DNA of 63,474 nt from Candidatus Yonathbacteria bacterium RIFCSPLOWO2_01_FULL_47_33b (lineage in GTDB: Bacteria; Patescibacteriota; Minisyncoccia; Phycocordibacterales; UBA1550). Positions 42,129-51,225 of this stretch are shown here, in pieces. Below the pieces are notes generated by a model. That model was given only the letters and a program-made list of their open reading frames with translations. It made no database searches and was not told where the DNA came from. A program made the translations under genes and the position numbers. The DNA lies in the NCBI GenBank assembly GCA_001823575.1, contig MHUW01000017.1, positions 1 to 63,474 on the forward strand, read 5' to 3'. Position 1 is the stretch's first letter. Each line of letters begins with the position of its first letter.

Positions 42129-42998
42129 ATGAATACGAGCCACTTGTTTCGTGTAGCTATTTTGCTTTTAGGTGCATTACTTATTTCCTCACCGGCACAG
42201 GCGGCAAAAAAGCCGACTGACAAGGAGCGGAAGGAACGCGCTAATGCGGAATACATACGCTGCATGGCAGTTGTCAAAAACGATGGTGTTTCTGCAATGC
42301 TTGCATATGTGAGGAGCTCACAAAAAGGCACATCGCTCAAGAGCAATCCGGAAAAGCTTGCACAGGAGAACTGTGTTGCTGATGGAATAGGGCTTATGCG
42401 ATATCAAGACCTTGGAGAGATTCTTGCAGATGATGGTGATAAGCTTGTTCCACTGAGATCATCACTTGTCCGTATTAAAGATGATGTCCCGCAGGCGCGG
42501 CATGTAGCACGCCCATGGACACGCGACTATCTCATTGAACTTGCCACATATCTTGAGCAGACACCAGGAATGAAAAAGGTTGCACATTCAGACGCACAAA
42601 TTCTTGTTGCGTCACTTGTCCGTTCTCGAGCAGATCAGGATGTAATCAGTAGGGTCACCAAGGCTTACTATTATATAAAAGGAAAGCTCAGGAAGCTCAC
42701 CGGCGGAAAACGTAGTTTTGCCGACTGCTCTAGTAAGGCGGTGTGCTCGACACATTTAACGGGTGCTACGGTCGACATATCTCTTTTGGGTGCAGATAGA
42801 AAAAAACGCAAACTCCTGATTGAGCGGTTACTGGAGGACAGAGAAGAGGGACGCATTCTCGCGATTCTTGAAAACGCCGGCAATCATTTTCATGTGTTTG
42901 TAATTCCGCCGCAACCTGCTGGACCCGTGCAACTATTGGTAACACCTACCACAGGTCCCGATGTTCACGAAGTACCTGTAAAAACCCCAGCGTCCTAG
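42129..42998 (+). CDS. Secreted LAS/peptidase M15-like (VanY-type) protein
   Basis: It has a signal peptide (LLISSPAQA|AKK), the motif STHLTGATVD (SxHxxGxAxD), and a distal HFH. Confidence 0.45.
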   Translation: MNTSHLFRVAILLLGALLISSPAQAAKKPTDKERKERANAEYIRCMAVVKNDGVSAMLAYVRSSQKGTSLKSNPEKLAQENCVADGIGLMRYQDLGEILADDGDKLVPLRSSLVRIKDDVPQARHVARPWTRDYLIELATYLEQTPGMKKVAHSDAQILVASLVRSRADQDVISRVTKAYYYIKGKLRKLTGGKRSFADCSSKAVCSTHLTGATVDISLLGADRKKRKLLIERLLEDREEGRILAILENAGNHFHVFVIPPQPAGPVQLLVTPTTGPDVHEVPVKTPAS

Positions 42999-43261
42999 CT
43001 GGGGTTTTCTTTTTTATGAATTGCAGTCTGCCTGCTGGTTTGCTACTATTGCCATATAGCTAATCTATTTATGGAATCATTTGCTACCGCACTGTAGGAG
43101 GATTATCGACCAGAAGTCGTACCAGGTCTTGAGATTACCCCTACGAGAGAGGAGAAGCAGGCTCCTGCAATCAGTGATATCAAAGGTGGCCTCAATATTA
43201 TAAATGGCATTATCGAAAGAGAAGGAGATGAAAATACTAGCGAGAAGCTACCCACTCTTCA

Positions 43262-44212
43262 CTAATTCTTTTTTTCTAAAAAAGATTCCACGAGCGTTAT
43301 TATTTTTTTCCTATCATTGAGGTCTGCTGGTTTGAACCAATGAATATCTTTGTTGCGCTTGAACCATACCATTTGTCGTTTTGCATAATGTCGAATGGCA
43401 ATCTCGAGATCGCGAAGCATTATTTCTTTTGAGATCTTGCCTTGTTGAAATTGAGCGAGGAAGCGGTACTCTAAGCCGAGTGCCTCCATGCGTTTCCAAG
43501 AGAGCCCTTCATTATGAAGTCGGGTTATCTCAGCGACCATTCCACGGCGCATACGGGAAAGGAGACGCATGTGAATACGTTCACTCAGTTCATTATGAGG
43601 AAGCGTGAGCCCAATAGTTAGCGTATCGTAACGCTGTTTTGCAGGCACGCGCTCGGGAACACTTCCCAGCACTGTAGCTATTTCGATAGCCCTGATGAGG
43701 CGATGCGGATTTTTTGCGTCAATATTTTCTGCACGCTCGGTATCAAGGGCACTAAGTTTTTTAAAAAGTTCCTCCGTTGAGAGCTTCGATAAAGTGCGAC
43801 GCAAAGTAGCGTTTGGTGGAACAGAGGGAAAGGATGCGTTGGTGAGCACGGTATCAATATAGAGCCCTGTCCCTCCGCAGAGAATAGGAACTTTCCCGCG
43901 TTTCAGAATATCGCGAATCGCCCGTGTGGCAAGCCTCTCGTATTGCACAACCGACATCGTGCGCTTGGGGTTCGCCACGTCGAGGAGGTGATGAGGGACT
44001 CCGCGCATTTCGCGCTTGGTGGCTTTACCGGTGCCGATATCGAGGCCAGTATATATTTGCCGAGAATCCGCTGAAATAACCTCGCCATTAAAGCGACGAG
44101 CGAGCTCTACCGCAAGATCAGTTTTTCCTGATGCTGTTGGGCCCACGACAGCGATAATCTTCGAATCAGCTGATTCGTGTCTTGGACATAAAATTTTCAT
44201 TTTCTCCTCCAT
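43262..44212 (-). CDS. miaA: tRNA dimethylallyltransferase
   Basis: It contains IIAVVGPTASGKTDLAVELA...EVISADSRQIYTGLDIGTGK. Confidence 0.9.
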   Translation of the reverse strand: MEEKMKILCPRHESADSKIIAVVGPTASGKTDLAVELARRFNGEVISADSRQIYTGLDIGTGKATKREMRGVPHHLLDVANPKRTMSVVQYERLATRAIRDILKRGKVPILCGGTGLYIDTVLTNASFPSVPPNATLRRTLSKLSTEELFKKLSALDTERAENIDAKNPHRLIRAIEIATVLGSVPERVPAKQRYDTLTIGLTLPHNELSERIHMRLLSRMRRGMVAEITRLHNEGLSWKRMEALGLEYRFLAQFQQGKISKEIMLRDLEIAIRHYAKRQMVWFKRNKDIHWFKPADLNDRKKIITLVESFLEKKN

Positions 44213-44311
44213 TTTGCTATATTACCTGTATATTAACTATTAGCAAATTAACCAATAACAATTATGGAATGTAAAAATGAACAAGGGTGCTGTCGCGAGG
44301 AAGGAGTGGGA

Positions 44312-44884
44312 ATGCCACTCTTTGCAACTATCGGACATGAGATTCCTGATGTAGAGGTCGATGCGTATCATAACGAGGAGATTAAAAAGGTAAAACTTTC
44401 TGATTATCGTGGGAAGTGGCTTATTCTTTTTTTCTATCCTGCAGACTTTACGTTCGTATGCCCAACCGAGCTTGAGGAGATGGCGGAAAACTACGAGACA
44501 ATCCAGAAGCTTGGTGGCGAAGTGCTCTCGGTTTCAACTGACACCGTCTTTGTTCACAAGGCATGGCACGACACCTCAGAGGCTATCAAGAAGATTAAGT
44601 TCCCTATGCTCTCGGATACCTGCCGTGAGCTTTGTGAAATATTTGGCACCTACATTCCTGAAGAAGGACTTTCGCTTCGCGGAACATTTGTCGTAGACCC
44701 AGATGGTATCTTGCGCATCGTTGAGGTGAACGATAACAGCGTAGGACGTAATGCCAAGGAGCTCGTGCGTAAGCTTCAAGCGGCAAAGTTTGTCCGCGAA
44801 CACGGCGGCAACGTTTGTCCTGCAAGCTGGGAACCAGGTGATGACACGTTGAAGCCAGGACTTGATTTGGTGGGGAAGATATAA
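44312..44884 (+). CDS. 2-Cys peroxiredoxin (AhpC/Prx1 family)
   Basis: It contains FFYPADFTFVCPTE and a resolving Cys in GGNVCPASW. An RBS (aaggag) precedes the ATG at 44312. Confidence 0.9.
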   Translation: MPLFATIGHEIPDVEVDAYHNEEIKKVKLSDYRGKWLILFFYPADFTFVCPTELEEMAENYETIQKLGGEVLSVSTDTVFVHKAWHDTSEAIKKIKFPMLSDTCRELCEIFGTYIPEEGLSLRGTFVVDPDGILRIVEVNDNSVGRNAKELVRKLQAAKFVREHGGNVCPASWEPGDDTLKPGLDLVGKI

Positions 44885-44954
44885 AATAAGTCGAAAGTTC
44901 TAAAGTCAAAAGTAGAAAGTGAAAAACAGGCGCAATTAAATGTTGGGCCTGTTT

Positions 44955-45548
44955 TTATGATTTATCAACGCCAAGTATTTCTATGAGTTTGTCTGATTTT
45001 CTGGATACTCGTATTGTGTGCTTGACTGCTCCATTTTGAGGTTTGTGTGTTTGAACGTTTGGTTTAAAACCAAGCGCCACCATCATCTCCATAACATCTT
45101 TTGCTAGCTCGGGGATGATGGTTACAAAATTTACGGTTAAATAACCTCTATCTTTATATACCGATCCGTCAGTCTCTATGAGTCCCCGTAAGCAAGATGC
45201 ACTCAGTATGTCATTCTTTTTTATCCAGTCTGGTACAGACACTTTTTGGTTTGATTTTGGTCCAGCGCCAGCACTCCATCCTAAAAGATTTTCCCATTTA
45301 TTTGAGTAGCAGCTAATGTCAACACAATTTTCCTTTTTATTGACCACCGATACTTTGTTGTTCGGCATGACCTCTTGTAGAGCTTGTGTGATATTTTTGA
45401 TTATATTGGGATATTTAATGTCACAGGTGATTCGAAGTCGTACGGCTCTACCGCTTGGGTTTGATAGGTTGCCATCACCTATTGCTACGCCGATAATGTA
45501 GGAGATTGTAGTAAGGTTCCCCGTGGTTGGCTTTTTCGCAATAGACAA
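44955..45548 (-). CDS. Double-motif LAGLIDADG homing-endonuclease-like protein
   Basis: The motifs are IGVAIGDGNL and LRGLIETDGSV. The only start not overlapping tRNA-Leu is a TTG at 45548, 2 nt after the tRNA. The upstream part of track ORF 44955..45791 runs through the tRNA. Confidence 0.7.
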   Translation of the reverse strand: MSIAKKPTTGNLTTISYIIGVAIGDGNLSNPSGRAVRLRITCDIKYPNIIKNITQALQEVMPNNKVSVVNKKENCVDISCYSNKWENLLGWSAGAGPKSNQKVSVPDWIKKNDILSASCLRGLIETDGSVYKDRGYLTVNFVTIIPELAKDVMEMMVALGFKPNVQTHKPQNGAVKHTIRVSRKSDKLIEILGVDKS

Positions 45549-45549
45549 G

Positions 45550-45631
45550 TGCCGGAGGTGGGACTCGAACCCACAAGCCTTGCGGCGCACGATTTTGAGT
45601 CGTGTACGGTTACCAATTTCGTCACTCCGGC
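45550..45631 (-). tRNA. tRNA-Leu (CAA), class II
   Basis: On the minus strand the acceptor stem is gccggag/ctccggc. The anticodon arm is cacga-ctCAAaa-tcgtg. There is a long variable arm, and the T arm is gtggg-ttcgagt-cccac. Confidence 0.85.
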
Positions 45632-45713
45632 AATTCATCCATAGTAACAGAAATATGGCGAAAATCAACCAAAGTTTTTTGCGTAATAATTCCTGTGGGG
45701 GTATACTATATGT

Positions 45714-46679
45714 ATGCAAAAAATTCGAGTCGGTGTTATACGTGGTGGATTGGGAAGTGAGTACTATGTCTCGCTTCGCACAGGAAGTCATGTTCTCGCA
45801 AACCTACCGCGTGACCGCTATGAGCCACACGATATTCTTGTTACGCAAGGTGGAGAGTGGCATATTGACGGAGTACCAATACGACCAGCAAAACTTTCTC
45901 AATATATTGATGTCGCTTTCAACGCTCTCCACGGAGAGTTTGGGGAAGACGGCAAAGTCCAAAACATTCTCGAGCTTTTTGGTGTCCCGTATACTGGCTC
46001 AACAGCGACACCTTCAGCTATAGGTATGAATAAAGAGCTTGCAAAGAAGCAGTTTGCTGCTGCAGGTCTTAAGGTTCCACGCGGAGTGATTGTGTCGCGT
46101 GGAGATGAGATAGAAGAGGTTGCTGCTCGAGTACGGGGGGCAATCCATGCTCCCTATATCGTCAAACCTTTGTCGGGGGGGTCGTCAGTCGGGCTTTCTC
46201 TTGTACAGGGTGAGAGCGAACTTGTCCCAGCCCTTGAACGCGCTCTTTCGTATGGAGAAAAAGCGCTTGTCGAGGAATATATGCGCGGGCGTGAGATTAC
46301 GGTAGGGGTGGTGGATGGGGCAGATGGGCTCAGTGCGTACACCATGCCACCCCTTGAGGTACTACTTCCTGAGAGCACGGTTTTTGACTATGAACAAAAA
46401 TACCGATCCTCAGTGCAACCCGTCGGCCCTGCGCGTATGCACGAAGCAGAAAGACAAATTCTCGAGGAGGCTGCCTTGTGTGCTCATCGACAGCTTGGCG
46501 CACGACACTATGCATCATATGATTTCGTCATAACCGACGAGGGTCCATGTCTCCTTGAGGTCAATACGCTCCCAGGTCTTACCGAGATGTCACTTTTTCC
46601 CAAAGCGCTTGCTGCCCGCAACCTATCAATGCCCGAATTCCTTGATTATGTGCTCGGACTTGCATTACAAAAAAAATAA
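45714..46679 (+). CDS. ddl: D-alanine--D-alanine ligase
   Basis: It has the typical N-terminus IRVGVIRGGLGSEYYVSLRTG, an ATP-grasp body, and the C-terminal block EVNTLPGLT..S.FPK. Confidence 0.9.
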   Translation: MQKIRVGVIRGGLGSEYYVSLRTGSHVLANLPRDRYEPHDILVTQGGEWHIDGVPIRPAKLSQYIDVAFNALHGEFGEDGKVQNILELFGVPYTGSTATPSAIGMNKELAKKQFAAAGLKVPRGVIVSRGDEIEEVAARVRGAIHAPYIVKPLSGGSSVGLSLVQGESELVPALERALSYGEKALVEEYMRGREITVGVVDGADGLSAYTMPPLEVLLPESTVFDYEQKYRSSVQPVGPARMHEAERQILEEAALCAHRQLGARHYASYDFVITDEGPCLLEVNTLPGLTEMSLFPKALAARNLSMPEFLDYVLGLALQKK

Positions 46680-46705
46680 GGTAGAATAGCGGAAGTGCTT
46701 TAAAA

Positions 46706-46725
46706 GGGCCCGTAGCTCACCTGGC
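46706..46725 (+). other. Orphan copy of the first 20 nt of tRNA-Ala
   Basis: The sequence gggcccgtagctcacctggc is identical to 46819-46838. The downstream sequence does not fold as a tRNA. Confidence 0.8.
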
Positions 46726-46818
46726 GCGAGGCTCTGCCGAGAGAAATGATTGTCGTCGGTTTCAAAACCGGCACTACAAAAATCAAGGCATGTTTCTATA
46801 GGTAACGTTTTAACACAT

Positions 46819-46892
46819 GGGCCCGTAGCTCACCTGGCTAGAGCGCCGGTTTTGCACTCCGGAGGTAGGGAGTTCGATTCTCCCCGGGTCCA
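46819..46892 (+). tRNA. tRNA-Ala (TGC)
   Basis: The acceptor stem gggcccg/cgggtcc has the G3:U70 identity pair. The anticodon loop is ttTGCac. The T arm is gggag-ttcgatt-ctccc. Confidence 0.85.
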
Positions 46893-46902
46893 CAACGTAA
46901 AG

Positions 46903-46929
46903 AAAAACGACGCCAGCGCGTCGTTTTTT
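46903..46929 (+). terminator. Terminator after tRNA-Ala
   Basis: The hairpin is aaaaacgacgc-cagc-gcgtcgtttttt. Confidence 0.7.
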
Positions 46930-46952
46930 AGTTGTGGAAGCCACAGCCATAT

Positions 46953-46971
46953 TTCGTTCCCCGGGTCCACA
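46953..46971 (+). other. Orphan copy of the tRNA-Ala 3' end
   Basis: The sequence ttcgttccccgggtccaca compares with ttcgattctccccgggtccaca in the tRNA. The match tccccgggtccaca is 14 nt and exact. Confidence 0.75.
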
Positions 46972-46976
46972 AAAAA

Positions 46977-47008
46977 ATTGCCCATCGTCGTTTCGACGAT
47001 GGGCAATT
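46977..47008. terminator. Hairpin terminator between tRNA-Ala region and phoH-like gene
   Basis: The hairpin is attgcccatcgtcg-tttc-gacgatgggcaat, flanked by an A-run upstream. Confidence 0.65.
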
Positions 47009-47024
47009 TGCATTGCACTGTTTT

Positions 47025-48422
47025 TTACAACGTTTCTGCAGCGTAGTCTGCTAACCGTGAACGCTCACCTTTTTGAAGCGTGATATGTCCGCCGTGTGGC
47101 CATCCTTTGAATCGGTCCACAACATATGTGATACCAGAGCTACCTTCGGTGAGGTACGGTGTGTCGATTTGGGCGATGTTGCCCAGACAGACTACCTTGG
47201 TACCAGGGCCAGCGCGCGTAATCAGAGTCTTCATCTGTTTTGGCGTGAGGTTCTGGGCCTCGTCGATGATGAGGTACTTGTTGAGAAATGTCCGGCCACG
47301 CATAAAGTTGAGCGACTTGACCTTAACGCGTGAGCGAATCATATCAAAGGTAGCCGCACGTCCCCATTCACCAGAGTCGTCGTCATGCTTGTTGAGTACA
47401 TCAAGGTTGTCTTGAAGTGCGCCCATCCATGGCAGCATCTTTTCTTCCTCAGTACCCGGTAAAAAGCCGATATCCTCCCCAACCGGCACCGTGACACGAG
47501 TCATGATGATTTCTGAGTAGGTTTTGCTCTCAAGAACTTGCTGTAGTCCAGCGGCCAAAGTTAGCAAAGTTTTTCCGGAGCCAGCCTGCCCAAGCAAAGT
47601 GACAAAGTCAACTTCGGGGTTCATGAGCACACTGAGAGCAAAATTTTGCTCGCGGTTGCGCGCTGTGATGCCCCACACATTGTTTTTCTCATGGGTGTAG
47701 TCCTTGACGGTTTCAAGCACTGCGGTGCTGCCCTCTACCTCCCTGACGATTGCTTGAAGATGGTTGCCGTGTTCATGGTAGACAAATTCATTAATCATCA
47801 TACTGGGACAAAGAGGTCCCTTGATACGGTAAAACGTATGACCACCCTCTTGCCAGGATTCCATGCCTTTACCATGAAGCTCCCAAAAATCTGGTGGTAG
47901 TTCCCGAAGTCCGGTATACAACAAATCGGTGTCCTCCAACACCTTGTCGTTGAAGTAATCCTCCGCTTTGTATCCCAGGGCGCGGGCTTTGATGCGCATA
48001 TTAATGTCCTTTGACACAAGGATAACTTCGCGCCTAGGATACTTTTTTTGCAATGACATCACCACGATGATGATCTGGTTGTCGGCCTTGCTCGTCGGCA
48101 TACCTTCAGGTAATGCGCATTCCATTTGCTTCATTTGCAAGAACAGGCGTCCACTACAACTCCGGTTATTAACAGAGAGGGGAAAACCATCTTCCATTTT
48201 GGCCTGAGTGCGGGTAACAATTTCATCGAGATAGCGACTGACTTGGCGCGCATTGCGTGCCACTTCGGTCATACCCTTCTTGTTGTGATCAAGCTCCTCC
48301 AGGGTAATCATGGGCAGAAATACGTCGTGTTCAGCAAAACGAGACAAGCTTGATGGGTCGTGCATGAGTACATTAGTATCAAGCACGAATATCTTTGTTA
48401 AGGGTTGCTTTTTGGCAGCCAT
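47025..48422 (-). CDS. PIN-domain PhoH-like ATPase (PhoH2/YlaK type)
   Basis: The start MAAKKQPLTKIFVLDTNVLMHD (PIN) has an AAGGAG RBS. It has a P-loop (GQAGSGKT) and the C-terminal PhoH block. The longer track ORF extension has no support. Confidence 0.85.
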   Translation of the reverse strand: MAAKKQPLTKIFVLDTNVLMHDPSSLSRFAEHDVFLPMITLEELDHNKKGMTEVARNARQVSRYLDEIVTRTQAKMEDGFPLSVNNRSCSGRLFLQMKQMECALPEGMPTSKADNQIIIVVMSLQKKYPRREVILVSKDINMRIKARALGYKAEDYFNDKVLEDTDLLYTGLRELPPDFWELHGKGMESWQEGGHTFYRIKGPLCPSMMINEFVYHEHGNHLQAIVREVEGSTAVLETVKDYTHEKNNVWGITARNREQNFALSVLMNPEVDFVTLLGQAGSGKTLLTLAAGLQQVLESKTYSEIIMTRVTVPVGEDIGFLPGTEEEKMLPWMGALQDNLDVLNKHDDDSGEWGRAATFDMIRSRVKVKSLNFMRGRTFLNKYLIIDEAQNLTPKQMKTLITRAGPGTKVVCLGNIAQIDTPYLTEGSSGITYVVDRFKGWPHGGHITLQKGERSRLADYAAETL

Positions 48423-48605
48423 GTTGCTCTCCTTGGTTGTTGTAAAACGAACACTTCCTGATGTGCATACTAGTTTATTTTTATGGATTATGCAAGCTTT
48501 TGAATACTTGCGCAAGAGTGAGCTTTTTTGCTTGCTACCGTAATAATATTGTTCTATGATTAAATATAGAAGTACCCGCCAACCTGCAAAGAGAGGAGGT
48601 GTATC

Positions 48606-48923
48606 ATGGACGCACGATACGACAGAGCGACAAGGAGTCTCTTTCTTGCCTTTACCCCCTTGGAAGCAGATGAGGCGGCAGTGCTCATGCAGCTGGTTTG
48701 GGAAGACGAGTGGCAAAAAGGGACCACTGTTCCTGATTACAGTGACGACTTTTTTAAACAAATTGCTGTGTCAAGAGAAAAAATTCCTGTCGAGCTTGAG
48801 TTCGAATTTCAGGAATTTGCCATTGTTTTTTTAGAAGAAGCTTGTGCCAGGTTGCTAATTAACGATGCTACCATAGCAGAACTCAAAAAGTTCTTGGTAG
48901 AACTTCGCCAGACGGTTCACTAA
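48606..48923 (+). CDS. Hypothetical acidic protein
   Basis: This is a 105-aa ORF with an RBS (gaggagg). Confidence 0.35.
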   Translation: MDARYDRATRSLFLAFTPLEADEAAVLMQLVWEDEWQKGTTVPDYSDDFFKQIAVSREKIPVELEFEFQEFAIVFLEEACARLLINDATIAELKKFLVELRQTVH

Positions 48924-49038
48924 ACCTAAAGCACATATCAAAGGACTATTCTCGCCCGAGCCTAAAAGCTCGGGTTTTTTGTTCCCTGGCCTTTTTATGA
49001 TAGGGGTGGTAAAATTAAGACACCTAACAATAAACAAT

Positions 49039-49596
49039 ATGGATGATACAAAAAAGGACGTACAGAGAATGAGCGACGCGGACCTCGGAGAAAAATTTAA
49101 GGTTTTAACCAATGCATCCCCTGATTGCATCAAACTTTTTGATCTCAATAATAAGATTATCTATATGAACCCGGGAGGGCTTGAGGAGCACGGACTTAAG
49201 ACTTTGGAGGATGCCATTGGTTTTGATTGGACCGAGACCGTTGTGCCTGCCCAGCGCGAGGAAATCCGCCGAAAGATTAAGGAGAGCGTGGAAGAAAGAA
49301 GGACGGTGTCTCTTGACGTGGAGCATCTTCCTCAGTACGCAAACCGCGAATGGTGCTCACTCATTATCAGCCCCGTGTTTGATGATGCTGGTGGCGTGAA
49401 ATATTTCGTTGGTATCTCGCGTGATATCAGCGACCGAAAGGGCTCTGAGGATCGTCTCAAGAAATATGCTCAAGAGCTGGAGAGCTTGAATAGGGCAATG
49501 ATCAATCGCGAGCTAAAGATGGTAGAACTCAAAAAAGAGAACGAAGACCTAAAAGAAAAGTGTATTCCTGGCGAAAAAGAGAATCCTGTGATATAA
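49039..49596 (+). CDS. PAS-domain protein with C-terminal coiled coil
   Basis: It contains ASPDCIKLFDLNNKIIYMNPGGLEEHG...WCSLIISPVFDDAGGVKYFVGISRDISDRK. Confidence 0.65.
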   Translation: MDDTKKDVQRMSDADLGEKFKVLTNASPDCIKLFDLNNKIIYMNPGGLEEHGLKTLEDAIGFDWTETVVPAQREEIRRKIKESVEERRTVSLDVEHLPQYANREWCSLIISPVFDDAGGVKYFVGISRDISDRKGSEDRLKKYAQELESLNRAMINRELKMVELKKENEDLKEKCIPGEKENPVI

Positions 49597-49651
49597 AAAA
49601 GAATAGAAGGTAGCCGTTCGTTTTCAACTTCACCACAAGGGAGAACAGATC

Positions 49652-50194
49652 ATGGATATTACCGATATCACTATTGATCGTGAATGCGCCACGAAGCTAA
49701 GGAGCTGTGTCCGAGCACTCTATGACTTGTTTGTTGGTGTGCGAGAAGCAAGCAAAAAAGAAAAGAGTACAGCGAAGATAGTTGGCCTTGACCCTCAAAG
49801 TATTTTGGCGCTCAGTTCGTCGTTTACTTTTTTAGTCAGCAGGAATAAGGATATTTGTTGCGACGACGGGATGCTTGACGCTGGGTGTAAGGTTGGTCTC
49901 GTGCTTTGCGATGCTCTTAAGTATTCACAATTGCCCAATATCGATGTGATTGAGATACGGTTTCCCGCACTTTTTATTTTTGGAGCACTCATCTTTACGC
50001 TCTTCCTTGTTGAGATTGAAAGGGGCTCTATCGTTCCCGAGGAGGGGGAGGGTATTCCTATCGAAAAACTTAAGGAATTGCTCCAGGGCATTCCCACAAG
50101 GCTTGTCGATTTTGTCAGGGCTCTTCCGATGAAGAACATTGCGGGGGCAAAATTAATAGACGATGACTCATCCTCGGGGCATACCTGCCACTAG
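49652..50194 (+). CDS. Hypothetical protein
   Basis: This is a 180-aa ORF with one hydrophobic stretch. Confidence 0.35.
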   Translation: MDITDITIDRECATKLRSCVRALYDLFVGVREASKKEKSTAKIVGLDPQSILALSSSFTFLVSRNKDICCDDGMLDAGCKVGLVLCDALKYSQLPNIDVIEIRFPALFIFGALIFTLFLVEIERGSIVPEEGEGIPIEKLKELLQGIPTRLVDFVRALPMKNIAGAKLIDDDSSSGHTCH

Positions 50195-50253
50195 TACATT
50201 TTTAAAAACTGCACCCTCGTGCAGTTTTTCTTTTTATACGGTATGATACCTGC

Positions 50254-51216
50254 ATGTTTGAATTTGCCCTCATTATCCTCGGCCTCGTTGTGTTTGAGGT
50301 TGTATCAAGTATCGACAACGCGGTAGTAAATGCTGACGTGCTCTCTACGATGAAGAGCGAACGCGCCAAGCGTTTCTTCCTTACGTGGGGTATCTTTTTT
50401 GCAATCTTTGTAGTTCGTGGAATCCTGCCCTCGCTTATTGTTTTTCTCGCTGATCCATCAATTGGGGTATTTGGCGCACTTCAGGCTATGTGGCAGAACG
50501 ACGATACCGTCACCGCGGCTGTTGAAGCGGCCGCACCGACCATTATGATGGCGGGAGGAATGTTCCTGCTTCTCCTCTGGCTCCACTGGCTCTTTATGGA
50601 GGAAAAGACATTTGGGCTACCCCTCGAGCGCCACATCCAGACGTACGGAGCCGTTTGGTTTTATGCTCTCGCGTCACTTTTGTTGGTGGGCGCGCTCGTT
50701 GAGATCAATCGCTTGAGTGTCGAAAATCCTATGCACTTAGCGCTTGCCGCGGCGGTTGGTTTTAGCGTGTTCTTTATCACGCAGGGATTTAAAGAAAACG
50801 CAGAAAAGATAGAAGAGCGGTTGATTGCATCGGGAGAAGAGAGCTCAATGTCAGACTGGGCAAAAGTGATGTTCCTCGAGGTTATCGATATGGCGTTTAG
50901 TGTTGATGGGGTAGTGGGAGCGTTTGCTTTCACTACCGTTGTGCCGCTCATCCTCATTGGTAACGGTATTGGTGCTATCGTGGTACGCCAGCTCACCGTA
51001 AGTAACGTTGATCGTATTCGCTCGTACGCATACCTAAAAAATGGCGCCATGTACTCGATAGGGTTCTTGGGTACCGTGATGATGCTCGAGGGATTTGGTG
51101 CGCACATTCCTTCGTGGATATCGCCGATAGTAACGATGCTGGTTGTTGGCTACTTCTTCTGGAAGTCCGTCGGGGAGAATAAATTAAATGGTAATACTAC
51201 CGGCAGAACTGTATAA
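50254..51216 (+). CDS. DUF475/TerC-like integral membrane protein
   Basis: It contains FEVVSSIDNAVVNADVL and a repeated second half (EVIDMAFSVDGVVGAFAF). It is polytopic. Confidence 0.65.
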   Translation: MFEFALIILGLVVFEVVSSIDNAVVNADVLSTMKSERAKRFFLTWGIFFAIFVVRGILPSLIVFLADPSIGVFGALQAMWQNDDTVTAAVEAAAPTIMMAGGMFLLLLWLHWLFMEEKTFGLPLERHIQTYGAVWFYALASLLLVGALVEINRLSVENPMHLALAAAVGFSVFFITQGFKENAEKIEERLIASGEESSMSDWAKVMFLEVIDMAFSVDGVVGAFAFTTVVPLILIGNGIGAIVVRQLTVSNVDRIRSYAYLKNGAMYSIGFLGTVMMLEGFGAHIPSWISPIVTMLVVGYFFWKSVGENKLNGNTTGRTV

Positions 51217-51225
51217 TATAAACAT

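Noticed and set aside
43000-43265. There is a possible small frameshifted ORF in the 42998-43262 spacer (MESFATAL-stop, then ...EDYRPEVVPGLEITPTREEKQAPAISDIKGGLNIINGIIEREGDENTSEKLPTLH).
   Set aside because: There is no continuous frame from a start codon and no recognisable motif. It could be a decayed gene, but the evidence is too thin to annotate.
46750-47046. These are track ORFs overlapping tRNA-Ala (46750..47046 +, 46810..47013 -, 46830..47018 -).
   Set aside because: They are read through a tRNA gene and two terminator hairpins, so they are not credible CDSs.
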